A stretch of DNA of 64,000 nt from Heteronotia binoei (lineage: Eukaryota): positions 73,532,001-73,596,000 of the forward strand of contig NC_083230.1 in NCBI RefSeq assembly GCF_032191835.1, written 5' to 3'. Position numbers and translations under genes: made by a program. The notes beneath the pieces are model-generated. The model searched no databases. It had not been told where the DNA came from and saw only the letters and a list, made by a program, of their open reading frames with translations. Below, one piece after another: positions 49,782 to 61,436 of this stretch; position 1 is the stretch's first letter; each line of letters starts with the position of its first letter.

Positions 49782-50789
49782 CTGGCAAAGGGGCACAGAG
49801 GACTTCACAGTATTGTCAAGTTGTGCCTCTGTTTTATTGACATCACTCCCTACAATTTTGGTTAGCACTTGGCTTGACTATCTTTGCCAGGTCTGTAATA
49901 TTTCTCCAGATTTTACAGAAATCTGTATGCAGTAACAGAGATGGCCTGGTAAAAGGAATCTGAGGCTTGGACAAGCCATTCTGCATCATTGAATCCGAGC
50001 CCTCTAAAACTATGGCTAAAGGAAAGAGCTAAGACATCTAGTACCTTTAGAAGAGTCACAAGAAGCAAATCTAATGCTGCATGGCTATTATATTGTCTAT
50101 TTTGATCCAAACAAGTTATCAGAGCTAAAGGTGAAGACTGGGGTACCTTCGTATCTGCAAATTCTCAAAACACTAGTTTTTTCATTCAAATGGACAGTGA
50201 GGTTTGTTTTTACTTTACAACTCCTCTTTTCTTTGAATGCAAGGGCAGCTCTTGCACTCCTTATGCCAATCAGAATGCTACTTCCAGCTTTCTCAGACTT
50301 CCCTGCCTTACTGGTTATTGCCATTCTTGAAGATTCCTTTGTGATTTTTCTGATGCAGAAAAAGATTGGTAATACTTCCTTTTCTGTTTCTTTGTCTCCA
50401 TTTTGCCTCTGCTCACTTCTTGTTCTCTTTCTCTATTCTATGAGGTATGCACAGCTTTATGGGGGTAACTACTGAGTGGATGCCAGAATCAGGTACCAAT
50501 ATTGACAGGCTGTGTGGAATTTTTATGCTGAAAAGCACCGTACTATTGCTGTGAATGCTTGCTTGTAACTCTGGTTCTACTCAATAAACTACATAATATC
50601 ATTTCAGCTTATTATAGCCTGTGTTTCCTTTCTAAGCCTGCTCTAGAGCTGTCACTTTTCATTTCAGTCCCAAATTCAGTCACGTAGTATTCATTCCCCT
50701 CTGTTTGAGTCCAGAGTCCTGTATACCTGGACAAGGAAATTTATATATATCACTCCAAGCACATTTGGTAAAAACAGGGGAAAGTACTG

Positions 50790-50950
50790 GAACAAAGGTG
50801 GAATCCAGTAGCACATTTAAGACCAACAAAGTTTATTGAGAATGTAAGCTCTCAATAAAACTTTGTTGGTCTTAAAGGTGCTACTGGACTCAACTTTGTT
50901 CTACTGCTTCAGACCAACATGGCTGCCCACCGGGATGTATCTACAAGGAA
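50790..50950. mobile_element. Penelope-derived inverted (hairpin) terminal fragment
   Basis: Arms about 50790-50841 and 50850-50901 with an 8-nt loop. Flanked by aaagtactg direct repeats (about 50781-50789 and 50951-50959). Confidence 0.65.
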
Positions 50951-51546
50951 AAAGTACTGTCACTTGTATATGTGAGCCGCCCTGAGCCTGCCCCGGTGGG
51001 GGAGGGCGGGATACAAATAAAATTTTACATTACATTACATTAAGAATGTGTGTGATCGATATACCAAGAATGTGTGTGATTGATGAGCATGCCAGAAAGC
51101 TCTGACAGACTTCCAAGCTTCACTTTTCATGTGGAAAATAAAATATTTAAATCTTGCCCAAAGCAGTATATCTTGAGGAACTGTTTATGCATAATAGAAG
51201 CTTAGCACAAAGAATGCGGCAGATCATCACAGGTGAAGAAAACAGGTGAAAGAAGCAGAAAACCAGAATGAGATGTTGGAGCAGACAGTTGATTCAGGTT
51301 CAGTTTCTGGAGATTTACAGTATTGAAACAGGATGTAAAACTTTGGAAAAGCAGAACATTTGGAGATGAGAAATGAATAGGAATGTATCTTTGGTGGATT
51401 TGTTTCAGTTGAAAACGGTTCTGTAATGATGGCTTTCCCTAATACTCAAGGAATATCAGATGGTGATAGAGCTACAGCCTAGAAAAGCAGAGGTAAATAA
51501 TCAAGCAAAGAAAAGGAAAATAGAGGGATAACAGGAGTCTTTATAG

Positions 51547-52718
51547 CAAAGGTGTCAAATGTCCATCCTGCAAGCCAGAACTGGCAAACCCAGGGCTTTA
51601 ATCAGGCCTGCAGGGCTCTTTTCTTCCCCCTCCCCCTCCTGTCCTCACTCTTTGGTTCCAAGGCTGCTGAAGTTTCCAGCTCCTTCTTCCTTGTCTTCAC
51701 AGGCTGAAGTAGGAAGAAGAAGAAGATGATGATATTGGATTTATATCCTGCCTTATATTCTAAATCTCCTTTACCTTCCCCCACCCCACAACAGACACCC
51801 TGTGAGGTAGGCAGGGCTAAGGCAGCTCTCACAAAAGCTGACCTTTCAAGGACAACTCTGTGAGAGCTATGGCTCACCCAAGGCCATTCCAGCAGCTGCA
51901 AGTGGAAGAGTGAGGAATCAAACCCGGTTCTCCCAAATAAGAGTCCGCACACTTAACTACTACACCAAACTGGCTCAACATCAAACTGGCTCTCAAGCAA
52001 TTCTGGGCTTGCAAAGAAAATGCAGAATGGACTTTCTGGGAATAGTCTATCTGAGCACAGAGACCTTAATGGAAAGTCCATTCCATGTTTTCCTTGCAGC
52101 TTTATCTGTGCTGCAATGCATTTTAATGGAGCAGAGTTCAGTTTCACTTTTTAGCATTTATATGGCCAGTTAGAAGCTGGCCTTCCTGGAGCTGTGTGAC
52201 CTTGCAAATAAAGGGCTGATGCTTTGAGTCAGCATGTCTCTGCTGAATGGACCTTAGAACTGGCACCTAGTGAGTACTCTAACCTGGGAACCCACAGCCA
52301 AAGGAAGATGTTACACTGAAGAGCCCTTGCCAGTCTGAGCAGACTTGGGGGCAGGGGAGAAGCTTGCAAAGCCCAGCCATTTGGTGTTTTCCTAAACCCA
52401 GAGCATTTTATATTTTCAGTTTATATTTTTAGTTCCTATTGTGATCTTTGTGATTTTTCTTGATGTTTTATTTTTTTAATTGCATTGCCAAATCCCACTA
52501 TTCCCCCACTGTTCCATTAAAAAAAATCACAAGAATTTTAAGAATATTTGTATTTAAAGTAAAAAATAATATTTGTAATTGTGTTTCTCTTTATCCTTTG
52601 TAAAGTTTATATCTCCACTACCTCCTGGCATTACATTTTATGATACGCATGGCCTGGCCCCTCAGAGTCTCATTTATGTCATATCCAGCCTGCATAACAA
52701 ATGGGTTCGACACCCTTG
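51547..52718. mobile_element. hAT-Charlie-type MITE containing a Squam3-like SINE (about 51706-51975, minus)
   Basis: Degenerate CA(A/G)GG(G)TGTCAAA termini and internal similarity to 62801-63352. Confidence 0.65.
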
Positions 52719-53588
52719 AGGTAGAGGATATATTAGTACACTGGAATAGTCTTTGCCAATATAGCGTTGTCATTTCAGATTACTGGCAGACAGCTAGGAT
52801 ATCATGATTTAGGACCTTGTTTTGTTGCTTTTCTCAAGGGAAATAGAAATTATATATATAAGACACTATAGTTGTATTTGGGACTTTGCTGAAGACCCTG
52901 GATACAAAATTTAATAGCCATATTTCATATAAAGTATAAAGTTGTCATCTTTGATAATAAAATAAGCAGATGCTCTACGACTAAGCCATACTCCATTATA
53001 TCTGTCAGACATTATATTAATTTTATTAATCTATTTATATCCCACCTTTCTGTTCAAGAAGGACGCCAAAGGCAAATAAAAAAGTGGAACATTTGAAATG
53101 GCAAATCACAACTTCACACAGCTCTGATTATCTGGACATTGCTACAAAAGTTTACAAGAAATGGAGCAGACATGAAAGAGAACCAAAGATAAACATACTG
53201 AAGTATTTATACATACTAGGAATAAGGCCTATTGTAAAGAAAAATACAATGGGCTCTAGAAAGAGGCTCTGGATGAGTGCTCCCCAACCTTTGTTGCCTT
53301 GCCAGCCAAGTGAAGGCATTCACTTCCCCCCACCTCAAGGGGAGCTGATTCTGTCATCTAGAGAGCAGTTGCAATACTGAGTAATCTCCAGCACTCACCT
53401 GGACATTGTAACAGGAAAAAGGGATCACAGTAAATGGGATAGACAATAGAAGTTAAACAACTTCATGTCGTAATAAATTTCCATTCATATATTTCATATT
53501 GTAAATTAGGCATACTGTAAATTCGAAGAGGTATTGAATTCCCAATTAAGTGTTTTGAGCTAAAGTTGCTGCAAAAAGAAGGGCCTGC

Positions 53589-54957
53589 TGTAAGCCAAAA
53601 TGCCCTCAAAACGAGGTTCGGGAATAGTCAGGTGGGCACCTGGCTCACTCAGGATCTTTTACCTGTGTATACAAGATTAACCGTCCAGAAAAGTAATGCG
53701 TAAGAATTAAGTAAAATCAGTTAAAATTTATTAAGAAAAATATAGACTTCCATACAAGATAAAATACTCATAAAATCNNNNNNNNNNNNNNNNNNNNNNN
53801 NNNNNNNNNNNNNNNNNNNNNNNNNNNNNNNNNNNNNNNNNNNNNNNNNNNNNNNNNNNNNNNNNNNNNNNNNNNNNNNNNNNNNNNNNNNNNNNNNNNN
53901 NNNNNNNNNNNNNNNAAACAGGGTGATATTTACCTATTGTAGTCTTCAAGGAAGGCTCCAATGGCGACAAGTGAGGAAGTGGGAGAAGGGACCCAAAACT
54001 GATCAGGAATCAGGGATGGATCTATGCAGCTGAAGTTGGGATACTGCTAGAAGCACACCTGTGGGTAGCTAGTCCACAGATTATAAGGACTCTCTTGAGC
54101 CCTTAGGGGATGGGAGGTATGAGGGAGGAGAAAGGTGGTCAGCTGATGCGTGACCTCATGAAAAAGGGAGGTTTTACAGTGACCATAAGGGCTGGACTAC
54201 TGCGACAACCAATAGAAAGTTCATTGGTGACACCTAATTGGGTGCTTGCTCTTGACGAATGGACTTTCCTGGATCCTGGATACCTGAGAGAACTTTCAGG
54301 TTGAAACGGACCAGGGGGAGGCTTCAAAGTGACAGTTGGAAAGAAGAATAGAAGTGACTACTGGGTGGGGAACACTCAAGATTAGGGAACTTATCTGAAA
54401 GGGTGACAATAGAGAGCCAAACTGTGACCTAGGTAACACCCAGTATATACAAAGGAACTTGGCTCTGGCTGAAGATGGTCTTCGTCTTCTTCTGGGCACC
54501 AGTCTTTGTCTAGAGTTCCGTTAAACAAAGAAAGTGGCGGTTGGACGATTAACCACTCCTGGGGTGGGTAGGTTGCTTGTAGGCCAAAGGTGACATCTGG
54601 TGTGTACATGAGCCGTCCGCTTCGATGGAATGGAGTCAAGCCTGGTAGGAAGGTGGCTGCGTGGTGTTAGCCCTCCACGGTGGATTCCGTGGTCAGAACT
54701 TCATAACCGTTTGCCTGGATAGCTCCTGGTGGTGCAGTCTCTTCCGCTCCACGGCTGGTATACGGAATGACAGAAAGCCATCCGTTCTTCTGGTAGGCAC
54801 TCTTGTACCGGTCTAGAGTGCTTTCATGGCATTATGGCTGCTTGTACTACATAAGTCCCTTTTGCCTCTGGATAGGTTTACTCACACTCTCTGGCCAGAT
54901 GTGTGCGAGTCACTTCTCCAGGTGCTCTGGCAACCAAGCTGGTAACTACGATGTTCA
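53589..54957 (-). repeat. LTR-like interspersed repeat, copy 2 (contains the assembly gap)
   Basis: Reverse complement collinear with 22186-23422. Confidence 0.55.
53778..53915. other. Assembly gap (N run)
   Basis: 138 consecutive N. Confidence 0.99.
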
Positions 54958-55321
54958 ATAAGAGGGCTGTTCCTCACACTGCTCAACATTAAAATTAAAA
55001 ATATAATTAATCATTAAGAAAATAAGAGCAAATGGCCATCTAAAGAACAGCTTGCCTATTATATTTATAGAGGGTTGCAGGCCAGCAAACTCCAGAAGGT
55101 TTTAGCATCTGGTTGAATGTTTCAGTTTGAACTGGCTCTAGCTCCTATATGAAAAATGTACACACATAAGTGTTCTGGAGTGATTGAGAGTAAAGATGTG
55201 ATAAGAAGAATCATGAACATTGGTCACTACTAGTGGTTGTTACTCCTGAAAAAACATAGAAAGGCATTACTCCCGAGGAAGTCTACTGATGAAATGTGCC
55301 TATATCCGGGTGCTCATAGAC

Positions 55322-55482
55322 TTTTTTTTTGCAATATGGAAATGCTAATATTGGACCTCTTTTACAACATGAAGCATGCCTAATTTACAATATGAAATAT
55401 GACTTTTTTTGCAGTATGGAAATGTTAATATTGGACCTCTATTAAAACATGAAGTATGCCTAATTTACAATATGAAATATAT
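55322..55482 (+). repeat. Two-copy tandem duplication of about 80 bp
   Basis: ttttttgca(a/g)tatggaaatg(c/t)taatattggacctct...catgaag(c/t)atgcctaatttacaatatgaaatat occurs twice. Confidence 0.88.
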
Positions 55483-58400
55483 GAATGGAAATTTATTATG
55501 ACATGAAGTTTGTAAATTTTAAAATGTTGAGCATTAAAATATATGAAAGTTTTTTAATGGTTACTATATTCCTTGTTTACCATCATAGTAGTTGTTTAAC
55601 TTCTCTCACCTGGACATTGGCAACAATGGTTCCACAGGAGGAAATGGCTGGTTTGGAGAGTGGAGTCTATGGCTTTGTACATATCTGAGGTCCCACCCCT
55701 CCTCAAACCCACTCTCCAGGCTCCACTCCTCAAATCTCCAGCAATTTGCCAACCTGGAATTGGCGACTGCTAAGTCACATTGGCTATCATAGTGGGACTG
55801 ATGCTGAACAGAAGCAAGCATGCTGGCCTAAAGTCATGCCAGTCAGGGAGCATCAGATCACCCAGATGGTGCGCTACCAGGCCTAGGGTAGCCAACCTCC
55901 AGTGGAGCCAAAAGATCTCCTGGGATCACAACTGAACTCCAGACAACAGATCTTTCTTCCCCTGGGGAAAATAACTGCTTTGGAGGGTGGACTGTATGAC
56001 ATTCTATTCAGCTGAGGGCTCTCCCTTTACTGCCTAGCAACAGCATCTGGCTAGCAGCTTCCCCCAGTGGCTCAATCCTCATCTGTCCTGGGTTGAGGCT
56101 GAGGGGAGGACGAAGGGAGTGACAGGAAAGAGTAGGCTGCCATGGCCTCTGAGGAAATGCTTTGGGAGGCCAAAAAGGACCCTTTCTGAGGCCAGTTGAT
56201 GGAGAGTGCACAGGGAAGCATTGGAGATGTGTCTGTCTCTGAGGTAAGACTGTTTTGGCAGTTTATTCAGTATTCCCTGGTCTGCAGTAGGTGGGGGACA
56301 GGGAAGTCAGACAACGGGAACCCAGAGTGGAGACTGATGCATGATGAGCCAATGGTTTGTTGGGCACACCAGTCAGCCAATGGGAGTGCTCCATTTGGCC
56401 ACTACCATTAGGGAATTATTATCTACAATGCTGGAACAAAATTAGGAAAGCATACACACAACATTACTTTTGTAGATAGCAAGGACTGTTTAGAAAAAGA
56501 TGGGGTTTCATTAACTTCTTACACACAAAATGAAGCCTACTGCTGGTTACAGCACTTATTTCAAAGAAACGAACATAAGATACAAAGTAGGTGAATAATA
56601 TCACCTTTAGTTATTGCAAAGAAAGTCAACAGAGACAAAACTGATATTAGTGGAATTAAGGCAGTGGTAGAGTCAAAAATGATAACAAAGAGGCATGTAA
56701 AAGAATATTTATACTATCCAAATACAGCACAGCTGAGCATAATGACATTAACACAATAATTTCAAAGGAACTCACTGTGCAAATCTCCAAACCCAGTTGC
56801 TTTATCTGAGAATCTATAGCAATCCAATACAATTCCAGAACACATTACAAACAAGGAAGAAGAACTGAAGGAAGCCTAATTGAATCCCTTAGAAGATATT
56901 AATCATAAAATAATTATGCTGTAATACACAACTGATAAAATATCTAGTTACTAAGGTCTAATATACAATAATTAATAACAAAATATGCTAACCCAATTTC
57001 CTTCTTTGTTAGGTAGCAGAAATGATAGATGCTACTGACAGTGTGCTACTGTCACACTTTCATTTCTTATAGAAGAAAAAAAAATAAGAAATGTGTTCCC
57101 TCACACACCAGCCCAATACAAAAGTGTTATCTATACCTTTTGAACATCTGACCAATAATGATTGGGCAGGTTAAACTAAGCTATGAAAAATTTGTATCAA
57201 TTTGATTGATATCTTTAGTCAACAAATATTTTATTTTATTTATTTACTTTCCATTTATATCCTGCCCATTCCAAACAGACTCAGACAATCAAAATAAAAC
57301 CAGCATCTCAGTTTCCGATATAAAATGATAAGACATAATAATTTACAATTTAAAACAAAATACTGGTGCTTTACAACATATTAAAAGTTTAGGCGGCTCA
57401 GATCATACTAGGCTTTCCATTTATCTGTTGGTGGTCCTTCTGGTGGAGTTGCCCAGCAGTGTATTTGAATATTTGAATATTTGAATATTTAAATCTGGTG
57501 ACTGGAACTGTGAATAGGTAAGACAGATCTTTCTACAAACCTGAAAAGTCCCCCAGGTTTGGAGAAAAATGTGAAATCTAAAACTAAAAAAAAATGCATT
57601 GGGAAGTTTTTAAAAATTCAAACATCGAAGAAACACCTGTAGCTTAAAAAAACAAAACCCTGATTCACACAGTGGCTGTTGTTAGGCAACCACAGTATTT
57701 TTGGATTTTTGTGATTAAAAAGGCAGGGGGGAGGACAAGACTTCTTCCAGGCCTATTTTGGCCTTTGAGGGAGGATTCATTGAGGCCAGACCTGACTTAA
57801 ATTGCCAACTCCAAGTTGGGAAGTTCCTGGAGATTTTGTAGTGACGCCTGAGAAGTGCAGTGTTTGGAGAGGGGAGAGGCCTCATCATGATATAATGTCA
57901 CAGAGTCCACCCTCTAAAGCAGTTATTTTCTCTAGAGAGATAGATCTCTGTCATCTGGAGTTCAGCTGTAATTCTGGGGGATCTCCAAGTCCCAGCTGGA
58001 GACTTGCAACCCAAGGCCTGACAGCAGCCTCTGAATGATTTGATACCACCTGACATGCATGATTCAACTAGGCCTGTTTACTTGTTACTATTCAACACCA
58101 GCCACCCTATGAAAGCCAGTGTGGTTGAGTTATTTGAGTCTCACAATAGGCTCTGCAAGACTCAGGTTTAGATCCCCATTCTGTTGTAGAAGCTCACTGA
58201 GTGATTTTGGACCAGTCACATAGTTTCAGCTTAACGTACCTCACATGGTTGTGAGGATAAAAAGGCTTTGGTCCCCACTATGGAGAAAGACTATAGTTTT
58301 CATAAGTAGTTTTCCTAAGCTGCAGAGAGGAGGAGATGGAAAACATAAGACTGCAGATTTATACCCCACCCTTCTCTCTGAATCAGAGACTCAGAGCAGC

Positions 58401-58574
58401 TTACAATCTTCTATATCTTCTCCCCCCACAACAGATACCCTGTGGGGTGGGTGGGGCTGAGAGGACTCTCACAGCAGCTGCCCTTTCAAGGACAACTCCT
58501 GCAGGGGCGTAGCTAGGGCTTTGGGGGCCCGGGGCCCAAGATTTATGTGGGCCCCCCTACGTGTGTGCACGCCA

Positions 58575-58710
58575 CCGGAAACAGGAAGTGACGTCACTTC
58601 CAGCGATGTCACTTCCGGTGACATCATGCCACCGCCGGAAACAGGAAGTGACATCACTTCCTGTGACATCATTTCCCCCGTGCCACCTGCCGGAAACGGG
58701 AAGTGATTCC
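58575..58710. repeat. Subterminal repeat array of the hAT element (three CCGGAAAC(A/G)GGAAGTGA units; 18-bp palindrome GGAAGTGACGTCACTTCC at 58584-58601)
   Basis: Units at about 58575, 58635 and 58690, read directly. Confidence 0.85.
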
Positions 58711-59000
58711 TGAAAACTTATACTCTGGAACTTTTGTTGATCTCTGAGGAGCCGGTGGACTTTGACCTAGGAGTAATCCAAGTAAAGTTAAGCCATTTTT
58801 CAAAAAAAACAGGGCCCAGAAGTATTTAACAGCACTGTGCCAACAGCAGCCATGCCAGCACATTACCTATCATTTCCCCAGGTGATCCAGGTTACTTTTT
58901 AAAATCTTCTTGGGGACTTCTCCGTGGCTGCAGAAGTTCTGTACCGATGTTACCTGGAACGCTTTGAAAGGAAGGCCAGGATCACGCACAATCGCTATTG

Positions 59001-59705
59001 CGGGGGTGGCCGAACTTGCTTAATGTAAGAGCCACACAGAATAAATGTCAGATGTTTGAAAGCCACAAGGAAGGAAGGAAGACAGACAGACAGATGATTT
59101 ATATTCTGCCCTCCACTCTGAGTCTCAGAATGGCTCACAATCTCCTTTATCTTCCTCCCCCACAACAAACACCCTGTGAGATAGGTGGCACTGAGAGAGC
59201 TCTCCCAGAAGCTGCCCTTTCAAGGACAATTGCTACGAGAGCTGTGGCTGACCCAAGGCCATTCCAGCAGATGCAAGTGGAGGCGTGAGGAATCAAACCT
59301 GGTTCTCCCAGATAAGAGTCTGCACACTTAACCACTACAATGGGAGGGAGGAAGGAAATGGATGGGGAGGGAGGGAGAAGTGGAAAGAAATATACTTTAA
59401 CTTTAAATGCACTCTCCAAGTCACCAGCTAGCTTGGCAAAGTGATTTAAAGAGACAAATGCCTTCTCCAAGCCAGCTACAGGGCAGTGGGGATTTCAAGA
59501 AACCTGGACTGGCCACAAAAACAAAAGCTCTGTGTTAGAAACTGCGTTCTCATGGGGAATTTGCAACCTCGAGTGACAGACATGTCCATTCACAACCAAT
59601 TTTAGATCCAAAACCTTCAGGAGTAACTCAAGAAAGTTTTGAGAGCCACACGATATGTGTGAAAGAGGCACATGTGGCTCCCGAGCAGCAGTTTGGCCAC
59701 CCCTG
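59001..59705. mobile_element. Nested hAT-Charlie-type MITE, itself interrupted by a Squam3-like SINE (about 59096-59338, minus)
   Basis: Termini cgggggtggccgaac / gtttggccacccctg and degenerate 8-bp TSD cgctattg/tgctactg. A second partial copy lies at about 59975-60356. Confidence 0.8.
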
Positions 59706-60066
59706 TGCTACTGGTAACCCCCAGGTCCTTGAACTCAAACTGCACTCCCCAACAGGCTGTGGCACAGTGGAGCAGTCCCCTCTACTCCAAAGCAATTTGG
59801 GGCCAGTCTCCATCAGCCTGACCTACCTCAAAGGGTTGCTGTGAGGACACAACACAGCTCCTTAGCTGAGATCAAAGTGCACTGGACAGAGGAGCAGATC
59901 AACACAGCAGGCAGGGGACCCCTCCACCCCCAGCCCCCGGGGCTGTGGCGGCACGGAGGCCATTGGGCGTGGGGAGAGCCAAACTCACTTAATGAAAGAG
60001 CCACATAAAGTAAACATCCGATGTTTGAGAGTTGCAAGACATGCGCATCAGGGGAAGGAAGGAAGG

Positions 60067-60247
60067 AATCACAGAATCCTAGAGTTGGAAGGGACCTCTA
60101 GGGTCATCTAGTCCAACCCCCTGCACAATGCAGGAAACTCACAAACACCTCCCCCTAAATTCACAGGATCTTCATTGCTGTCAGATGGCCATCTAGACTC
60201 TGTTTAAAAACCTCCAAGGAAGGAGAGCCCACCACCTCCCGAGGAAG
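60067..60247 (-). mobile_element. CR1-type 3' fragment inside the second Charlie-type MITE
   Basis: aatcacagaatcctagagttggaagggacctctagggtcatctagtccaaccc, as at 4518. Confidence 0.7.
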
Positions 60248-60675
60248 ATGGGGAAGGAGAGGTGGGAAGAAAGCAACTTTAACTTTAAATGCATTCTCCA
60301 ATCTGCCAGCTGACTTGGCTTGGAGAAGCGATTTAAAGAGAGAAATGCCTTCTCCACAGATCAATTTTCCATTGTACCCTATGAACTCAGCAAAGAGAAG
60401 CCGAGATAGGACAAGGGGGGGAAGTATTCTGCCATATATAGAAGGAAAAAGGCAACAGAGAGATGGTGCAGATGTACCTGTGGGATCAGGGAGTAGAAAA
60501 AGGGGGAGGGTTTTGAGAAGCACAGGAACAGAAACACCTGCATGGCTAGGAGGAGTATCTGTATTTCTCATTAGCTTTGTATTACCTTTCTGAGGCTTGT
60601 GACACTGGAGTACAACCTCTGAGTGGAGACAGGGTAAATGAAAGAAGCAAATTTATATACATAATTATGTTAGAA

Positions 60676-61436
60676 TTTTTGCGCCGAGCAAGGATACAGC
60701 GACTGGGCCAGACTTTTGATCTGAGCCATGAAACTGTCCATGTTGCCCTCAACGGCGGTAAAGTCCAGCGGGAAGCTCTCCACCGGCAGCCCTGCCGCCT
60801 CGCTCCGCTGGCGGGCCGCCGCCCGCCTGCTGCTGCCCCTGCCGCCTCCAGCTTTTCCTGCCCTCCCTGCCGCCGGGCCCCCAGTGCAGCAGCCCCAAGA
60901 GCAGCAGCAGCGACAGCCTCTGCACCGTCCCTCTGCCCATCGCGCTGCGGAGCCACCGGCCGGGAAGGAGGGGGAGAGGAAGGAGCTGCGGCGGCTCGAG
61001 GGCGCCTCGGGGACGCTGCGCTCTGCCCCTGGCGGCGAGCGGCGCTTCGCGGACTCTGCGTCGGGGGGGGCTCCCACCGGCAGCCTGCGCCCGCCCGCCC
61101 AGGGTCTAGCCGCGGGGAGGGAAGCGGGAGCCAGTGCCTGACGGTGCCCGAGCGGCCAGGGCTCAAGAGCAGCAGCAGCGGCAGCCTCTGCACCGCCACC
61201 GTCCCTCTGCCCATCGCGCCGCGGAGCCACTGGCCGGGAAGGAGGGAGAGGAAGGAGCTGCAGCGGCTCGAGGGCGCCTCGGGGACGCCGCGCTCTGCCC
61301 CTGGCGGCGAGCGGCGCTTCGCGGACTCTGCGTCGGGGGCTCCCACCGGCGGCCTGCGCCTGCCCGCCCGCCCAGGGTCTCGCCGCGGGGAGGGAAGCGG
61401 GAGCCAGTGCCTGACGGTGCCCGAGCGGCCGGGGCT
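60676..61436 (-). pseudogene. NOTUM: Captured 5' fragment of NOTUM (palmitoleoyl-protein carboxylesterase, Wnt deacylase): 5' UTR, signal peptide and about 85 codons; truncated and frameshifted
   Basis: From ATG 60940: MGRGTVQRLSLLLLLGLLHWGPGGREGRKSWRRQGQQQA, then an extra base at about 60822-60824, then AAARQRSEAAGLPVESFPLDFTAVEGNMDSFMAQIKSLAQSLYPCSAQK. This matches the recalled human NOTUM N-terminus (MGRGVRVLLLLSLLHCAGGSEGRKTWRRRGQQ...PVESFPLDFTAVEGNMDSFMAQVKSLAQSLYPCSAQQ). Similarity stops abruptly with no GT donor. Confidence 0.93.
60896..61436 (-). repeat. NOTUM: Tandem duplication of the NOTUM 5' UTR/start region (units 60896-61163 and 61164-61436)
   Basis: Two units of about 270 bp, each with its own ATG (60940, 61214). 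They differ by a 6-bp indel, short indels and several CpG transitions. Confidence 0.92.

Noticed and set aside
49600-49935. ORFs with (IY)n tracts
   Set aside because: Translations of the (AT)n microsatellite.
50020-50475. About 150-codon plus-strand open frame (ELRHLVPLEESQEANLMLHGYYIVYFDPNK...)
   Set aside because: Protein-like at first, but no convincing splice sites in phase with the exon chain, and the 3' half is T-rich low-complexity.
53731-53970. ORF spanning the N run
   Set aside because: Artefact of the assembly gap inside an LTR-like repeat.
58575-58710. CRISPR-like repeat-spacer array
   Set aside because: Only three degenerate units in a vertebrate transposon end, with no cas genes. 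Better explained as hAT subterminal repeats.
58870-58930. Plus-strand GYFLKSSWG resembling NOTUM GYYLKESRG (next exon)
   Set aside because: Short, on the opposite strand to the exon-1 fragment, wrong phase, and the similarity collapses after nine residues. Probably chance; needs an alignment to test.
60660-60690. NOTUM fragment as a processed retrocopy with a poly(A) remnant (CAAAAA)
   Set aside because: Only five A's, readable as Gln-Lys codons. It is a 5' rather than a 3' fragment and has no TSD of its own.
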